Assembly (NCBI RefSeq): GCF_009914755.1
Contig: NC_060934.1
DNA from: the human T2T-CHM13v2.0 reference genome, Homo sapiens
DNA: 64,000 bases
Direction: 5' to 3' (one strand)
The position numbers and the translations under genes are program-made. Of the stretch, positions 29,066 through 42,400 are shown piece by piece. Position 1 is the first letter of the stretch. Each line of letters begins with the position of its first letter. The notes below the pieces were generated by a model. That model was not told where the DNA came from. It was given only the letters and a program-made list of their open reading frames with translations, and searched no databases.

Positions 29066-32000
29066 ATAGGACATGTTTTTTGTTCTTACCAAGATTCAGC
29101 CTTTTTTTTTTTTAATTGAATAAATGCTCCTCAGATTGCTGCTCTGGTAAATTTCCAATATTTTAAAAAAGTTGACTCTGACAGTTTTTGCCAATGTTCT
29201 CATTGTGTTCATGAAGAAGAGGATTCTCAGAGACCCTTACTTACTCTACCATTTTACTGACATCACTGATCGTATGCTTCTTTAGACAGCCCCCAACTGC
29301 TCACAAAAGATACTTTGATATTTCGGCAAAAACCGTGATTAGTACATAAATGCTGTATTATGTTTTAAGTTCCTAACATGAGAGGTCTCATATATAATGC
29401 ACTAATTTTTAAGTAAAATAATGATAAAAGTGACTCTGGGAAGTTGCTATATCTGTAACTGTCAAGCAATAAGCAGTCTTTCAAGTTAGTACAGGACCCA
29501 TTTATTTCTTTGGATTTTATTATTTCAACCCACTTAATCAGGCCACCAGCAATAATAGGAAGAACTAAAAACATTGCTACAAAACATGTAATCATAAGAT
29601 GTCTGACTCCAAGAGAACTGAGGGAAGTGGAAATTATGACATAAAGATCCAAAAGGAAAGTGTTTGGGCCAGCTGGAGAGAAGAGGTGGCTCCAAATTAG
29701 TCCTCTCACCTCCACCCTAACCCCAAAGGGCAAAGAATGACAGCTTAGACAGCATATATTCCTATTGGTTACAAGCTTGCCAAAGCAGTAGCTTTCAAGG
29801 AATGGCCTAGCCTGTGCCCCTGGGAATGTGTACCCTGGAGAACTTCCATTTGCTTTTGGTAGAGAGGAACCTAGAAAGAACAAAGGAAGTCTGACACATA
29901 GTATAAAATTGTGAAAAAAAGTTGCCCTTTTACATTCCAGTTTGAGATCTTTTAAAAAACAGTGAAGTTTACATATATTCCATATCATCCAATATAAAGA
30001 TACAATTGAATACAATAAATGTTCATAATCACATTAATTGATTGTATTTGAATGTTTTAAAATATATGCAGAGTGTTTTAAAATATTCAAAATATATTCA
30101 CATTTGTTTTCTGTTTTAACATTATAGCAATCCTGGCCATGGTGCTTCCCAAATTTTGTGGACAATATAACTGAGACCCAGAGATTTTCATCAAATTGTT
30201 AGACAAAGTAAGATTCAATCATAGCCTTCCTGTTTGTTAAAATGCATTCTCCACTACCCATATCCTTCATCATATTAGAGAATCAATAATTTACTGTTCA
30301 TAGTTTCAACTCTCCTCTTTGCTCTATGTACACACGTTCTCTAAATCCATCAAGTATTTGATATCTGTGTTTTCAGAAATTACATGTGACCCTTGGTTAG
30401 CTTAATCAAAATATTTGCAACTCCGTTTAAGTCTCCCTTGAATGCACAGTGAGACAAGACAACTTTGATGCACAGAGTTGTCTTTCTTCGGGATGACATT
30501 TCTGACATCATGTCTGGAAACAAAAGACATAATGACTCCATGATATTCCATCTCAATCACACAAAAAAACTTAAAAATTAAAAAAAGATTTTTAGAAAGA
30601 AGAAATTGCCATTTTTTTCTGCAGGAAAGGGGAACTGCTTGAAGAATTTGAATGATGTAAGTTTGTCTGAAAGCTTTAAAGATGAAAGGTATCACTTTTT
30701 ACCCATTAGCATTATAGGATGATGAGATCCTGAATGTGCCTTGCCACTTCAAAGGGTCACTGGACTACAGCTTTCAGAAAAGACTGCCTGCAAGATTGTG
30801 AAGGAGGTTCAATTCCCTTCAGGTTCTTCTTTCAGTGCACTTGAACATGGCTACAACTTTTAGAATTCGCCAAAGTTTTTAATGTAACTTCTAAATCTTT
30901 CTATTTCTGGGTCCCCCTTGTAAATTTCCATATAGAACCTCAGATTTCTTTTGTCCTTCTTCAGGCCTACATTGAATTTCTAGGACTTAGACCAGGGTTC
31001 TAGCCTCTTGCTTAAATATTTATGCTTATCACTTCAGTGAACAGAAGGTACAGGTGCAGTTCGGGTTCAAATTCTGGAAACCCATCATGCCTTGCCTAAG
31101 AGGTATCTTGCTGCTAAGACAACTGCCCAGAGAAATCAGATGTGTGTCCTGGAGAAACATGAGGAATACCAATTGTGAGTTTACTTCTTTAGTCCTCCCA
31201 GTGAGAGAAAGGACAACAGACAGAGTTATGTGTGGGGTGGCAAATAGTGTGTAATTATTTGCAAATCTGCCTTAAAGCAAGAGATCACCAATATATCCTA
31301 GTCTGCTTACCAGGGGAATACTTCGTAGCTAATTGAAAATTTCCCAAGGAGGTTATTTTTTGATTATGTCATTCCCAACATGATAATTTTGAGACTTTTG
31401 ACTAATATTTTCTTTAATATTTAAACCATTAACCATAAATAGTGTTGTTTTGATTTTTAATGTTATTCAATGTAGTGGAGACTAAAAATTGTTTTCCTTT
31501 GCAGTGACTCAGGGGAGATCAGAGTTGGGTGAACCTTACTCCAGTTCCTGGTAGAGAGTTTTCCATATTAACAACCATCAGCAGTGGGTTGGACACCATT
31601 CTAAACTCCTCTTGTCTGCTTCTGAAGCAGCTTGCTCTCTCTCTGAAGCACAATAGGAGCCATTCGGCCTGGCTAGTCTCTCAGGGGGGTCAACTTTACA
31701 TTTCCCAACTCTGTGGAATTCCTTTGAGTACGTAAGCCTAAAGAGCTTTCTGTTTTCACTTTCTGTCTCTTAATTCTGTATGAAATCTAATTATCACTGT
31801 TGAGTATATAGTTTTCATTAATCTAGACATATAATTCCATTTCTATTCCACCTTGTTCCCTGGAAAATTTTAATGTAAAAACTGCTTCCATATCCCCCTG
31901 TGTTACGTATGTCACCACACACACACACACACACACCCCAAGCACAAGCATGCACAAACATAATGATTGGTCAAATGTGTTATTCAATTGTCCTACAATG

Positions 32001-32574
32001 TCTATATTCAAAGCAGAAGATGTTTTCCCATAGTCTTTCATTGCTGCATTAATTAAAAGCAATGATATTGAGACAAAAAATGTACACTAGACAAGCTCCC
32101 ACAAAAAACAGTAAAAATCTTGACATAGTTTGTGTATGTTATAAATTACATAGGATTATACCCATGGCTTTAAAAGATTTACTAGGATACCGTTTTGTGG
32201 CTTCTAAATTCTAAAATATTCTCTAACTGCCAAGCTAACTAGAACATGAAGAATATTTTGTCAAATGGAGATACACATGGTATTCCTATGGCATTTCACT
32301 GTTTTTCACCAGTAGTAAAGATTTGGGAGTAATTTTACTTTGTATTTTCCATGTAAGGAAAAAAGAAACATGAGTCTTACAGGATATGTTTCCACTCTTA
32401 TCATTACTAAGAATTATTAGCACAAACGCATTCTTATAATGTTAAAAAGAGAACATAAATTTATGTCAATGTCAATATTGAACTTTACCTGAGCCCTATG
32501 CCCCTACGGAACAGTAATGCTTAAGGAATCCACCCCCATAATTTTGGTTTTCAGAAATCCCTTCCCACTTCTGT

Positions 32575-33041
32575 GTTCCAGGAAGTGGCTCACCACCAAG
32601 AACCACCTTTTCCCATGGGACTGAGATAACACTGCTTGTCCACTCTTTCCCATGACTCCCATAAGACATGGGTGACCCCCTGGTTGATGATGAGGCCAAA
32701 CACAGACCTTCCTTTTTCCTGTACCAGCTGAAAAGGTCAGACACAGACCCTCCACTTTGTTGTTCTTTATCTCATAAATGATTAGCCTAAGACTAGAACT
32801 GTCCCTCCCCCTGAAACTGGCTAGACACAGAGATAAACATTTCCTGTTCAGCTAAGTGACTGGGACTCCACCTAATTGTACAATAGCCCCAACTGTAAAT
32901 CATGCTGTGTTCCTCCCTGTGACAGTCCAGGGCAAAACCACTGTGCTAAGACATTCTGATTTTCAGATCTAGTGTGCTTTCCTTATTGTAATAGCCTGAA
33001 TAAAATCAATTTCCTTACTGGTTCTCCTTTTGTCTTTGGCA
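32575..33041 (+). mobile_element. Solo LTR of uncertain family
   Basis: Internal short repeats (cacagacc), AATAAA near 32999 followed by a U5-like T/C-rich end terminating in CA. Confidence 0.5.
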
Positions 33042-34859
33042 TCAGTAATGCTGAACAAAACTATGACACTTAAGAAACTACTCAGACAATCCTGAACAAT
33101 ACTCTGAAGGCAGTTGAGAAGTTCACAACCAGCTAGTCCTTGTATAATCTTTTTTCCTTTACTATCTGCATTCAGTTTAAGCACTGCCCACTGGCAAAGT
33201 TACATAGACACATAAATACACATTGGTACTTTTATTCATTTTTGTTTAAAACAGGGAATCACCTTCCACCAAATCATAAAATTCTCAAGAGCAAGATAAA
33301 GAACACGTTTTCTAAGTCTCCAAAACCCATTGGAGTATCTTTCTCACAAGGGATGGGCATTGTTAGCCTGCTGGGTTTCAGTTGATAATTTTGTCTAAAT
33401 AAACTAGGTGGTGTTTTCGTTTTTTCTTTCTCAATTTAGAGTACTGAGCAAGTTTTGTCCTCTCAGAATGCCCTTCTTGGAGATAACAGATGGGCCAAAT
33501 CTGCTATGAGATATCAACATGTATTCCTCTGTAATTCTGTGGGCTTTGTTGTTGTTGGTGGTGGTGGTGGGGTAGCACACAGGGGAGGGAATGAAGATGC
33601 ATTCATCACCTGGGGCTATGAAGTCCATGCCTCTCCACAGTGCCCCTTCCCTGGCCCTGAAGCTCACATACACTGCCAAGATCCAGCTTGTTAACAGAAA
33701 TAACACAGCACCAAACTCCTGTGAATATCTCCTGCAAAACTTGTTGGAAAAGGCAGGCTCTAAGATAACGTTCCACGCTGGCAATTTGGATTTTCATTAC
33801 AATACCTGTTACTACCTCTGACCTGTCTACTATATGCCAACCACAGCACTGAGCACATCATAAGTGACACTTTTCAACCACACAACAACTTGCTGAAAGT
33901 CAGGTTCAAGTCTGTCTGAATCCAAAGCCTCTGCTCTTTCTTTACTGATGATTGATCTATTATCAAGAATACATTTCTTTACCTGATATGAGGGAGAGAT
34001 TGTGGGCCACCTGAAAACCTTCACAGACTACTAATAATCCTCAGAAAGATTGGGAAGTGGGCGAGGAAATTCTAAACTCATACTTGTATCTTAATATTCT
34101 ATGAGATAAACAAGTTAGGGCCATGTTGAGCAGGTCAGCTATTGTAAGCAAAGGTCTCAGATGTGGCACCAAGGCTATCTGTCCTCGGATTTCTCTGAAC
34201 AGCTTAGCAGGGAGTCTCCATGGTGTAGGCATAAAATGAACCAGTGAAGAAATGTAGAAAAGTATTTGTTTGTTTTCTCCCATAGTGTGTTACGAAGGTT
34301 TTAGCCCAAAATCTAAGGAAGCAGAATGAAGATTTCTAGAAAACGCAGGTGAGATGAAGCCAAAGTGTTATTTATACAAACATGAAATCACATCAGCTCG
34401 TTCTGAATGCAGCGTAATAAGCTGCCTTTCTTAGGAATAATGAAGCTTGAAACAAAGATGTTTTTCCTCACTTATAGGAATTTCAGACAGCTGGCATCAC
34501 ATCCCTTCTATACTAGAAGTTCCTTTACACTGACCCGATCCAGGAGTGGTGAGAAGCATGTAAATTGTCAAATGAAATCCTGCTTGTGGTTTGGAAGGAG
34601 GAGAAAATCCCACCGCCTTTGTTTCTAACCCTGCTGAGAAGCCGTTTTTTAAAAACCCTTTCCAAAGCACTGGGTTCTCTGAGGGTGCTTGATCAGTGAA
34701 TTGTCAAGGTAAATTTCCATCTACCAGTTCTCCAGTTTTAGATCCAATCAGATGATTCCAAAAGAATAGAATTGCACAGTGAAGCAATCTAAGAAAAATA
34801 TATCTACCAATGTTGGGGGAAGATGCCAGGCATGACATGGATAGAAAGGCAAAAACTAA

Positions 34860-35149
34860 GGCCAGGCATGGTGGCTCACGCCTGTAATCCCAGCACTTTG
34901 AGAGGCCGAGGCGGCTGGATCATGAGGTCAAAAGATTGAGACCATCCTGGCCAACATGTTGAAACCTAATCTCTACTAAAAATACAAAAATTAGCCAGGC
35001 GTGGTGGCACATGCCTGTAGTCGCAGCTACTTGGGAGGCTGAGGCAGGAGAATCACCTCAACCCAGGAGGCAGGTTGCAGTGAGCCAAGATCGCACCACT
35101 GCACTCCAGCCTGGTGACAAGAGTGAGACTCTGTCTAAAAGAAAAAAAA
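34860..35149 (+). mobile_element. Alu (AluSc-like)
   Basis: Dimer plus tail; TSD aaggcaaaaacta. Confidence 0.95.
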
Positions 35150-35565
35150 GGCAAAAACTATCGACAAGGAGACCAAAAACTAGATAGACAAAGAGCAATG
35201 GCAACTTTGAATGTCAAGAATAACGTACCCATGTTGGTACCTTAAAGTACAGGCAGTTCGAATGCAATGCGAAAAGAATTACATAAACATCTATCACAAT
35301 CACACCCTTTACCACTGACTTTCCAGCTCATTTTCGACTAATGCTCCTCTCCTCTACACTCACCCAACATTCCACCTGGGCTCTATCTTCGTGCCTTCTG
35401 AGGATGGCAAATGCTTAAATTGTCTGCTGCTGCCACAGCCCACTTAACCCATCTCCTTGATTTGGCATTCCTGAGGCTTGTGTCCCAATCCAATGAGGTT
35501 CATTCAAACACTAAGGGTCCCAGATTGAGCTCTCCAGGATTCTCTTTTAGTCCCCTCTCACCATA

Positions 35566-35904
35566 GAGTCATGCTGTGCATAAGGACGGTCCAGTCAATG
35601 ATGGACCACACATATAGTGGTGGTTCCCTAAGATTATAACATCATATTTTGACTGTACCTTTTCTATGCCTAGCTATATCTATATACACAAATACCATTG
35701 TGTTATAATCTTCTGCAATATTCAATATAGTAACATGCTCTACAGGTATAGCCTGGGAGCAATAGACCACACCCCATAGCCTAGGTGTGTAGATGGCCAT
35801 ACCATAGTTTTCTCTAAGTATACACTACAATGTCACACAATAACAAAATCGCCTAATGACACATTTCTTAGAACATATCCTTGTTGTTAAGTGATACATA
35901 TCTG
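35566..35904. mobile_element. Tigger3a/MER7A-like MITE
   Basis: TA-flanked; termini agtcatgc... and ...gttaagtgatacatatctg; atagcctaggtgtgtag core. Confidence 0.8.
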
Positions 35905-35953
35905 TACTTGAAGAAAAAGGCTCTGTACTTGTGTTCCTCCCCCACTGAACTCA

Positions 35954-36337
<384 letters not shown>

Positions 36338-37269
36338 CTACAATGTGTTGTGCTATCTACCCAGTTCATAGTTAACCTATTTTGAAATTTGGGTATTGTT
36401 TTCTGGCACCTCCCACTAAAAATTCACATCTATTTTTTTTCCTTAGTGCCTTATTAAAAACTTCTAATTCCACATCCTGTTATACCGTAGTCGGCATTTT
36501 CTAATTTATGATAGTGCAATTTGGTAACATTCCAAATACCTTAAGTCTTTGAAGATTGGTAGAATCATCTTGTGACTATCGTATGGTTAGAACTAGAATT
36601 CTTCACTTTCCACTTTCAGATTTTGCTCTGTATACTTTTTATATTTTATTATTCATTTTATTTATGATATTGGGTTGTAATGCAGAAATGCTTGGGAGTC
36701 AAGCTGTTATGAATAATGTGATCCATGTGGGGATTTTCCAGTAGATTTTTGGGTTGATCCTACACATACAGCATCAAGAACTCACAAGAAATAAACTTAC
36801 TTATTGAGACCTGTGAAGAAAGCAATCAACTTTTCTTTTAAAAAGGCCACCATGATTACTAAAAAATGTGTATCATTATAATCACAGTAGTGGACTAAAC
36901 CAAGGGAGAAAAAGGACATATGCAGTCATATGGAAGGTTAACCTTATTCATGCTTTGCAAAATGTTTACTCTGTGAAATGTGTTCGGGAACCACATTGCC
37001 TCTACATGATTCCAGTAAACATTATGAAGAATATTAGGATTTTGCAGGCCAGACTGGCTTCAAAAGTGAGTACACTAGCCAGGGAACCCACAGGGAATAA
37101 AAGAGCACTCTGGTGTCATATTGCTAGGAGTGTCAAGTTCTCATGGCCTTGTGGGGATTGGAAACAGATTGAGGATCTTGGACTGGAGATATCCTTTGTA
37201 ATTACACTAACTAGGCAGGTTCTTGGTGGTCCAAACCTGCACTTTTCATTTTCTGATAGACTATAAAAT

Positions 37270-37425
37270 TTATCTATTGTGTTTGATCATGATCAGTCTC
37301 TCTAAAATATAAGCTCCATGAAGGTAGGGGCCTTAACAGTGTTCTCTGTTATATCCTCTGTGCCTGGTATATAATTTGTAAAAGGTTTCTATAAAGAATG
37401 AGCTAAGGAGAAAGAGTGAATGTAT
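37270..37425 (+). mobile_element. L2 3' end
   Basis: taagctccatgaaggtagggg...gtgcctggtatata. Confidence 0.6.
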
Positions 37426-39869
37426 GGGAAGGCCGACTTTTGTCTCAACAAAAAGACTTTTCTAATTATGTACACTGACAGGCTGGGTGGTCTTCCCCAG
37501 GAAGTGCCCTTTGCCAGAGAGCCAGAAGAAACCCAACACCTGGGACATGTGATGAGATGACACATCAGAGGTGTTTGGCCACTGAGGTCATTTACAGCCT
37601 TGTGGTTTCAAAGATGAGCCTTTACCAAAGACTTTGCAATGGAGGAAGCCCTGGACAATCATACTGTAGAAAGTAAATGACTTGACAACTAATTGAACTT
37701 GGGAAATGGCGGGTAAGGAGTCAGATGGCACTGAGACTCTCAGCCTGGGGATATTGGTGCCATTGAGGGGAAAACTGCATTTCAATAGAAATGCTGACTT
37801 GTGTCAAACTTTAGGCAATGATTAGAAATCCCAAGTTTAGTGTGTCAGTAGACCACATAGGAGATATCCACAGGTAATTATAGTCAGGCAGATGGGAAGC
37901 TCAGGGGAGGCTGAGGCATGCCACACCCATTTGTTAGAATAATTATCTCCACAGGAAGATATCTGAGGATAATGCTTAAATGGTGCCATAGGTGAATAGT
38001 CCATTTAGCTATACAATTTCATATAATTACGTAGAATGTGGGCATCATACCTCCATTACACAGTTGAAAAAACAGTGGCCCAGAGTGATTTTATTGCTTA
38101 TAAGTGGCAGAGCTCTAACTTGAATCCCTGTATTAAGAGTCTGAGCCTGAAGCTGCTTCTTCAGCGTTCTGCTCCAGTGAGCTCTGAGTCACCAGAACGA
38201 GGCTCCTCCCTACCATGGGACTGACTAACTGGCTGCTTATTAGCAGTGAGAGGGTCCACTACTTGTCCTCGACACAACTGTGGACAGCCCCCTCCCCATT
38301 CTCACTTCCAGTGCCAGTGCTTACCACCTGCTACCAGGGAGCCTCACAATAAAATTGCAAGTTAATGATGGTTGCACCAGCCAAACATTCTTGGATAGGG
38401 TGGTACAACCTGTTCCCCAATACAAGGCTATCAAAGCAACGTTTTGATTTTTTTTTTCTCTCTCTCTAGTGATGATGTTCACTGTGAGAACAACCAATGG
38501 GTAGCTGAGTACGGTGGCTTGGGATCTGGGGCAAAATGAGCTCAACAGGGATACATGAATAAGCTGTTAAAGCCAAGTGGAAATGAGAAGTAGAGGGAAT
38601 TTGGAGAGGCAGATGAAGAAGGCATTAGGGAGTACTGAGAGAACATGGAGTGAATGCTGTCAGACTGTGGCTTCAGGAAAGGGAACATTTGCCTGCATTT
38701 GCCCAGCTGCAGCATTATAGCATCCCTTTCTGTACACTGGATTTACTCTACCAGGCAGAAAAAATGGGAGAGACCACAGGAATACTGGCAGTGGTGGGGA
38801 TGGGCAATGAACTAGGAGTGCTTGGGAAAAGTAATTTTCTGTCTCAAATAGCTGACAGTAGCACCTGCTATAATTCCAGAGAGGTTTGCAGGAAAGCTTT
38901 TATTTGCTACACAAGAAAGGCTGGGCAAGTAGATTCCTAGCTGGGAAGTAGATTCCTAGCACCTACAGAAGGTAGATACTGGGTCAGTTTTTACTTAAGA
39001 TGGCAGTGCTTTACATTGGAAAGCTAAAGGAATTTGGATTCAAAGGATTCTGGTTTTTTTTTTTTTGCTTACAATTTTTGGAACCATAATTCAGCACTAC
39101 TAGATTAAGGCATGTTCCATCAAACTAAAAATCAAAAGCTTTCCTATGGGGAAAGTCTCAATGTTATAGCTGAAAGAGGTGACAGCCGCATTACTGCCAT
39201 CAAAAATAATTTATTAACCTTGTCTGTGCAAAGTACTCTGGTAGGCACCAAACCCCAGGGGCTTCCTGTTTCAATGCATCCTCTGCTCTCTGCAGTCTCT
39301 TCAGTGTAACGTTTGGCTCTCCCCCTGTGAATAAAATGGATACCTTGAAAACTTCATCTTTGTGGAGACTATCACAGGACAAGAGAATGCGGGCTCCATC
39401 ATCCACGCCAATCAGACAGTGCTGGGGGAATGTATTAGAAAGTTGCCTTTCTCAACCTCATATTCTTAACGCTTGTAAATAAAAACCCCTCCTCTTCGGT
39501 TTTCACTTTAGACCAGGAAATCTGGGGAGAGTTGGCAAGCAAGGTTTTGCACTGTCGGCATATGTCATGCTAACACTGGCTCTTTGCCCCTTGCCTCGGC
39601 AGGTACCACACAGCGCTGGAGAAATAGGTACACAGGTGCCTCCCCAGCCAAGGGAAGAAAGCAGTAACGGAATTTGGGAGTCCAACCCCAAATCCTTTCA
39701 TATTTACCTCTCACAAACACTTGCCTTGTAACGTGTGTACCTGTGCGTACATTTACAGGTAAAGACAATATTTTAAGGCAAGTTCACATAAATGGCTTGG
39801 AGATATCTGACAGGTCTGATTATACAAAGGTCTTCTGCTCCACCTGCATCTCTCAGGAACTCAGGCAAA

Positions 39870-42400
39870 GGTGGCCTTCCATCCAGCCGCACCGCCATCC
39901 GGCAGGGGAGGGCACAGGCACCCTCCCACCCGCATCCGCCCCCGCCCCCTCGCCCAGCAGCGTCAGTCTCTGACCCCACTGGATCCGTACAGGAGACGAC
40001 TCACAATCGGTCGGAAGCTGCTTTTGCCCCCCCACCCCACCGCAAACGGGGGTTTGCTTGGATCATTTATCTATCTTGTGTGCATTAAGAAACCAGCATT
40101 AGCTGCTAGTGGGAGGCGCTACTCTGCCCGAATCCCAGCCCGCCGCGGCGATTCTGCACACACACACGCACCAGCCTGGCAGCCAGAGCCCGTCTGGAGA
40201 CGCCCTCAGCCCGGGGTCTGCGTTCCCCGGGACCCCCGACGCAGTCTCCCGCTTCCGTCCCCCACGCTCAACCGGGCAGGGCGCCGGGGCGTGATTTCCG
40301 ATCCTCTGCCTGCTTGTTGGGTCCCTCGGAGGCGGGTCAGACCGCACCCGCCGCGGGCGCCCGGTGCGCCCCCAGCCCCTGGCTCGCGGCGGCGACAGCG
40401 GCGCTGTTCGCTGGAGTTTGACTCTCCGGCGGCGGCGGCAGCGGCGCGCAGCAGCGAACGGCTGGAGCAAGGCGAGCCGGGCCGCTAGCCCTCCGCGCTG
40501 CGCTGGGATTGGTCTCTCCAGAAGAGTGCTGGCCGAGGGTTGGCTGCGGGCCGGCTGAAGAACAGGTGCACCTCACCGCCCGGGCTCGCGGAGCAGCCGC
40601 CGAAGATCGCGGCGGCCAGGCAGGCCCTCTGTGTCGGAATGCGGGTGGCGGGCACCCGGCACCCCGCGACCGGCCGCCGGGGCCACTGAAGGCGGCGCGA
40701 GGCCCAGGCGCGGCGCGAGCGGGCGCCCCAGGGAGCGGGCTGGGCGCGGTGCCCCGAGGATGTCGGCGCTCCTGGAGCGCACGCAGGCGGCGGGCAGCAG
40801 CAGCAGCAGCGGGCGCGGGGACCCGGCGCGCAGGAGGCGGCTTGGAGGGCTGCAGACGCGCCCCGCCGCTCTCTGACCGACCGGAGGCGCCGGGGGCCCG
40901 TCTCGCCCCTCTTCCGAGCTCCTTACCGCCCCCTCCCCGGCCCCGTCCCCTCCCCCGCTCCTCTCCTCCCCGCCCGCCGCCCGCCTCTCGGGGGGAGGGG
41001 CGTGGGGGCAGGGAGCGGATTTGCATGCGGCCGCCGCGGCCGCTGCCTGCGCCCGAGCCCGCCGCCGCCGCCGGAGCCCGCGCCCGCGCCCGCGCCCGGC
41101 CCGCGCGGCCCCATGCCTCTGCCGCGGCCCTCGGGGGGGCGAAGGTGAAGACCGGCTCCTAGGATGAGTGAAGGGGCGGCCGCTGCCTCGCCACCTGGTG
41201 CCGCTTCGGCAGCCGCCGCCTCGGCCGAGGAGGGCACCGCGGCGGCTGCGGCGGCGGCAGCGGCGGGCGGGGGCCCGGACGGCGGCGGCGAAGGGGCGGC
41301 CGAGCCCCCCCGGGAGTTACGCTGTAGCGACTGCATCGTGTGGAACCGGCAGCAGACGTGGCTGTGCGTGGTACCTCTGTTCATCGGCTTCATCGGCCTG
41401 GGGCTCAGCCTCATGCTTCTCAAATGGATCGTGGTGGGCTCCGTCAAGGAGTACGTGCCCACCGACCTAGTGGACTCCAAGGGGATGGGCCAGGACCCCT
41501 TCTTCCTCTCCAAGCCCAGCTCTTTCCCCAAGGCCATGGAGACCACCACCACTACCACTTCCACCACGTCCCCCGCCACCCCCTCCGCCGGGGGTGCCGC
41601 CTCCTCCAGGACGCCCAACCGGATTAGCACTCGCCTGACCACCATCACGCGGGCGCCCACTCGCTTCCCCGGGCACCGGGTGCCCATCCGGGCCAGCCCG
41701 CGCTCCACCACAGCACGGAACACTGCGGCCCCTGCGACGGTCCCGTCCACCACGGCCCCGTTCTTCAGTAGCAGCACGCTGGGCTCCCGACCCCCGGTGC
41801 CAGGAACTCCAAGTACCCAGGCAATGCCCTCCTGGCCTACTGCGGCATACGCTACCTCCTCCTACCTTCACGATTCTACTCCCTCCTGGACCCTGTCTCC
41901 CTTTCAGGATGCTGCCTCCTCTTCTTCCTCTTCTTCCTCCTCCGCTACCACCACCACACCAGAAACTAGCACCAGCCCCAAATTTCGTAAGTAAACACTG
42001 TGTCTCAACTATGATTTACTACTGAGTTTCCCTTCTGCCCTCCTGCTGTCTTTTTCCCTCGCCGCCTGTTTTCTAGCAAGCCCCCTCCCCCATCCCAGGT
42101 TTGGGGCAGAGTGAGAGCTGATTAAAACTGGCCACCAGCGGGGAAGAAGGTGCCAGCCTGCTCTGGTTCTGGGGGGGTGGGGGCGTGTAGGAACGGGAGG
42201 GAGATTGTCAGGCTCCACTGGCCCCACTTTAGCGGGTCCCAAGTGAGAACAGATCTCCCAACTCCCTTCAAAGGGTTAACGCGAGTGCGATCCCTCCTCA
42301 CTGCAGACCTGCTGGCGAGCTGCCGGATCCCGCTCCAGTAGAGGGCCAGGGAGGGAGAGAGGGCCTTCCCGAAGGCACTGAGCCCCTTCTCCGCCCGCCG
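39870..42400. promoter_or_regulatory. CpG island / NRG3 promoter and exon 1
   Basis: Abrupt shift to very high GC and dense CpG, GC boxes, (CGG/GCC)n and (GCGCCC)n runs, no obvious TATA box; spans the NRG3 start codon. Confidence 0.93.
41164..41986 (+). CDS. NRG3: Neuregulin 3 coding exon 1 (first 274 codons + 1 nt; phase-1 donor)
   Basis: Translation MSEGAAAASPPG...CSDCIVWNRQQTWLCVVPLFIGFIGLGLSLMLLKWIVVG...TSTSPKF is the recognised NRG3 N-terminus: Ala/Gly-rich start, hydrophobic segment at aa ~66-91, Ser/Thr-rich spacer. ATG context AGGATGA; strong donor TTC|GTAAGT at 41987. The EGF-domain exon is not in the window. Confidence 0.97.

Noticed and set aside
29365-30015. 216-aa minus-strand ORF
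   Set aside because: Non-ATG start, no recognisable domain, no supporting exon structure.
39090-39110. Possible REST/RE1 site (ttcagcact...)
   Set aside because: Left half-site only; the right half GGACAG is absent.
40923-41777. 284-aa antisense ORF, plus other long ORFs at 39871-41162
   Set aside because: Stop-codon depletion in GC-rich DNA and mirroring of NRG3 codons; low-complexity products, several starting at non-ATG codons.
41987-41994. ORF track ends NRG3 at ...FRK*
   Set aside because: These bases are the intron donor GTAAGTAA; the real CDS splices after 41986.
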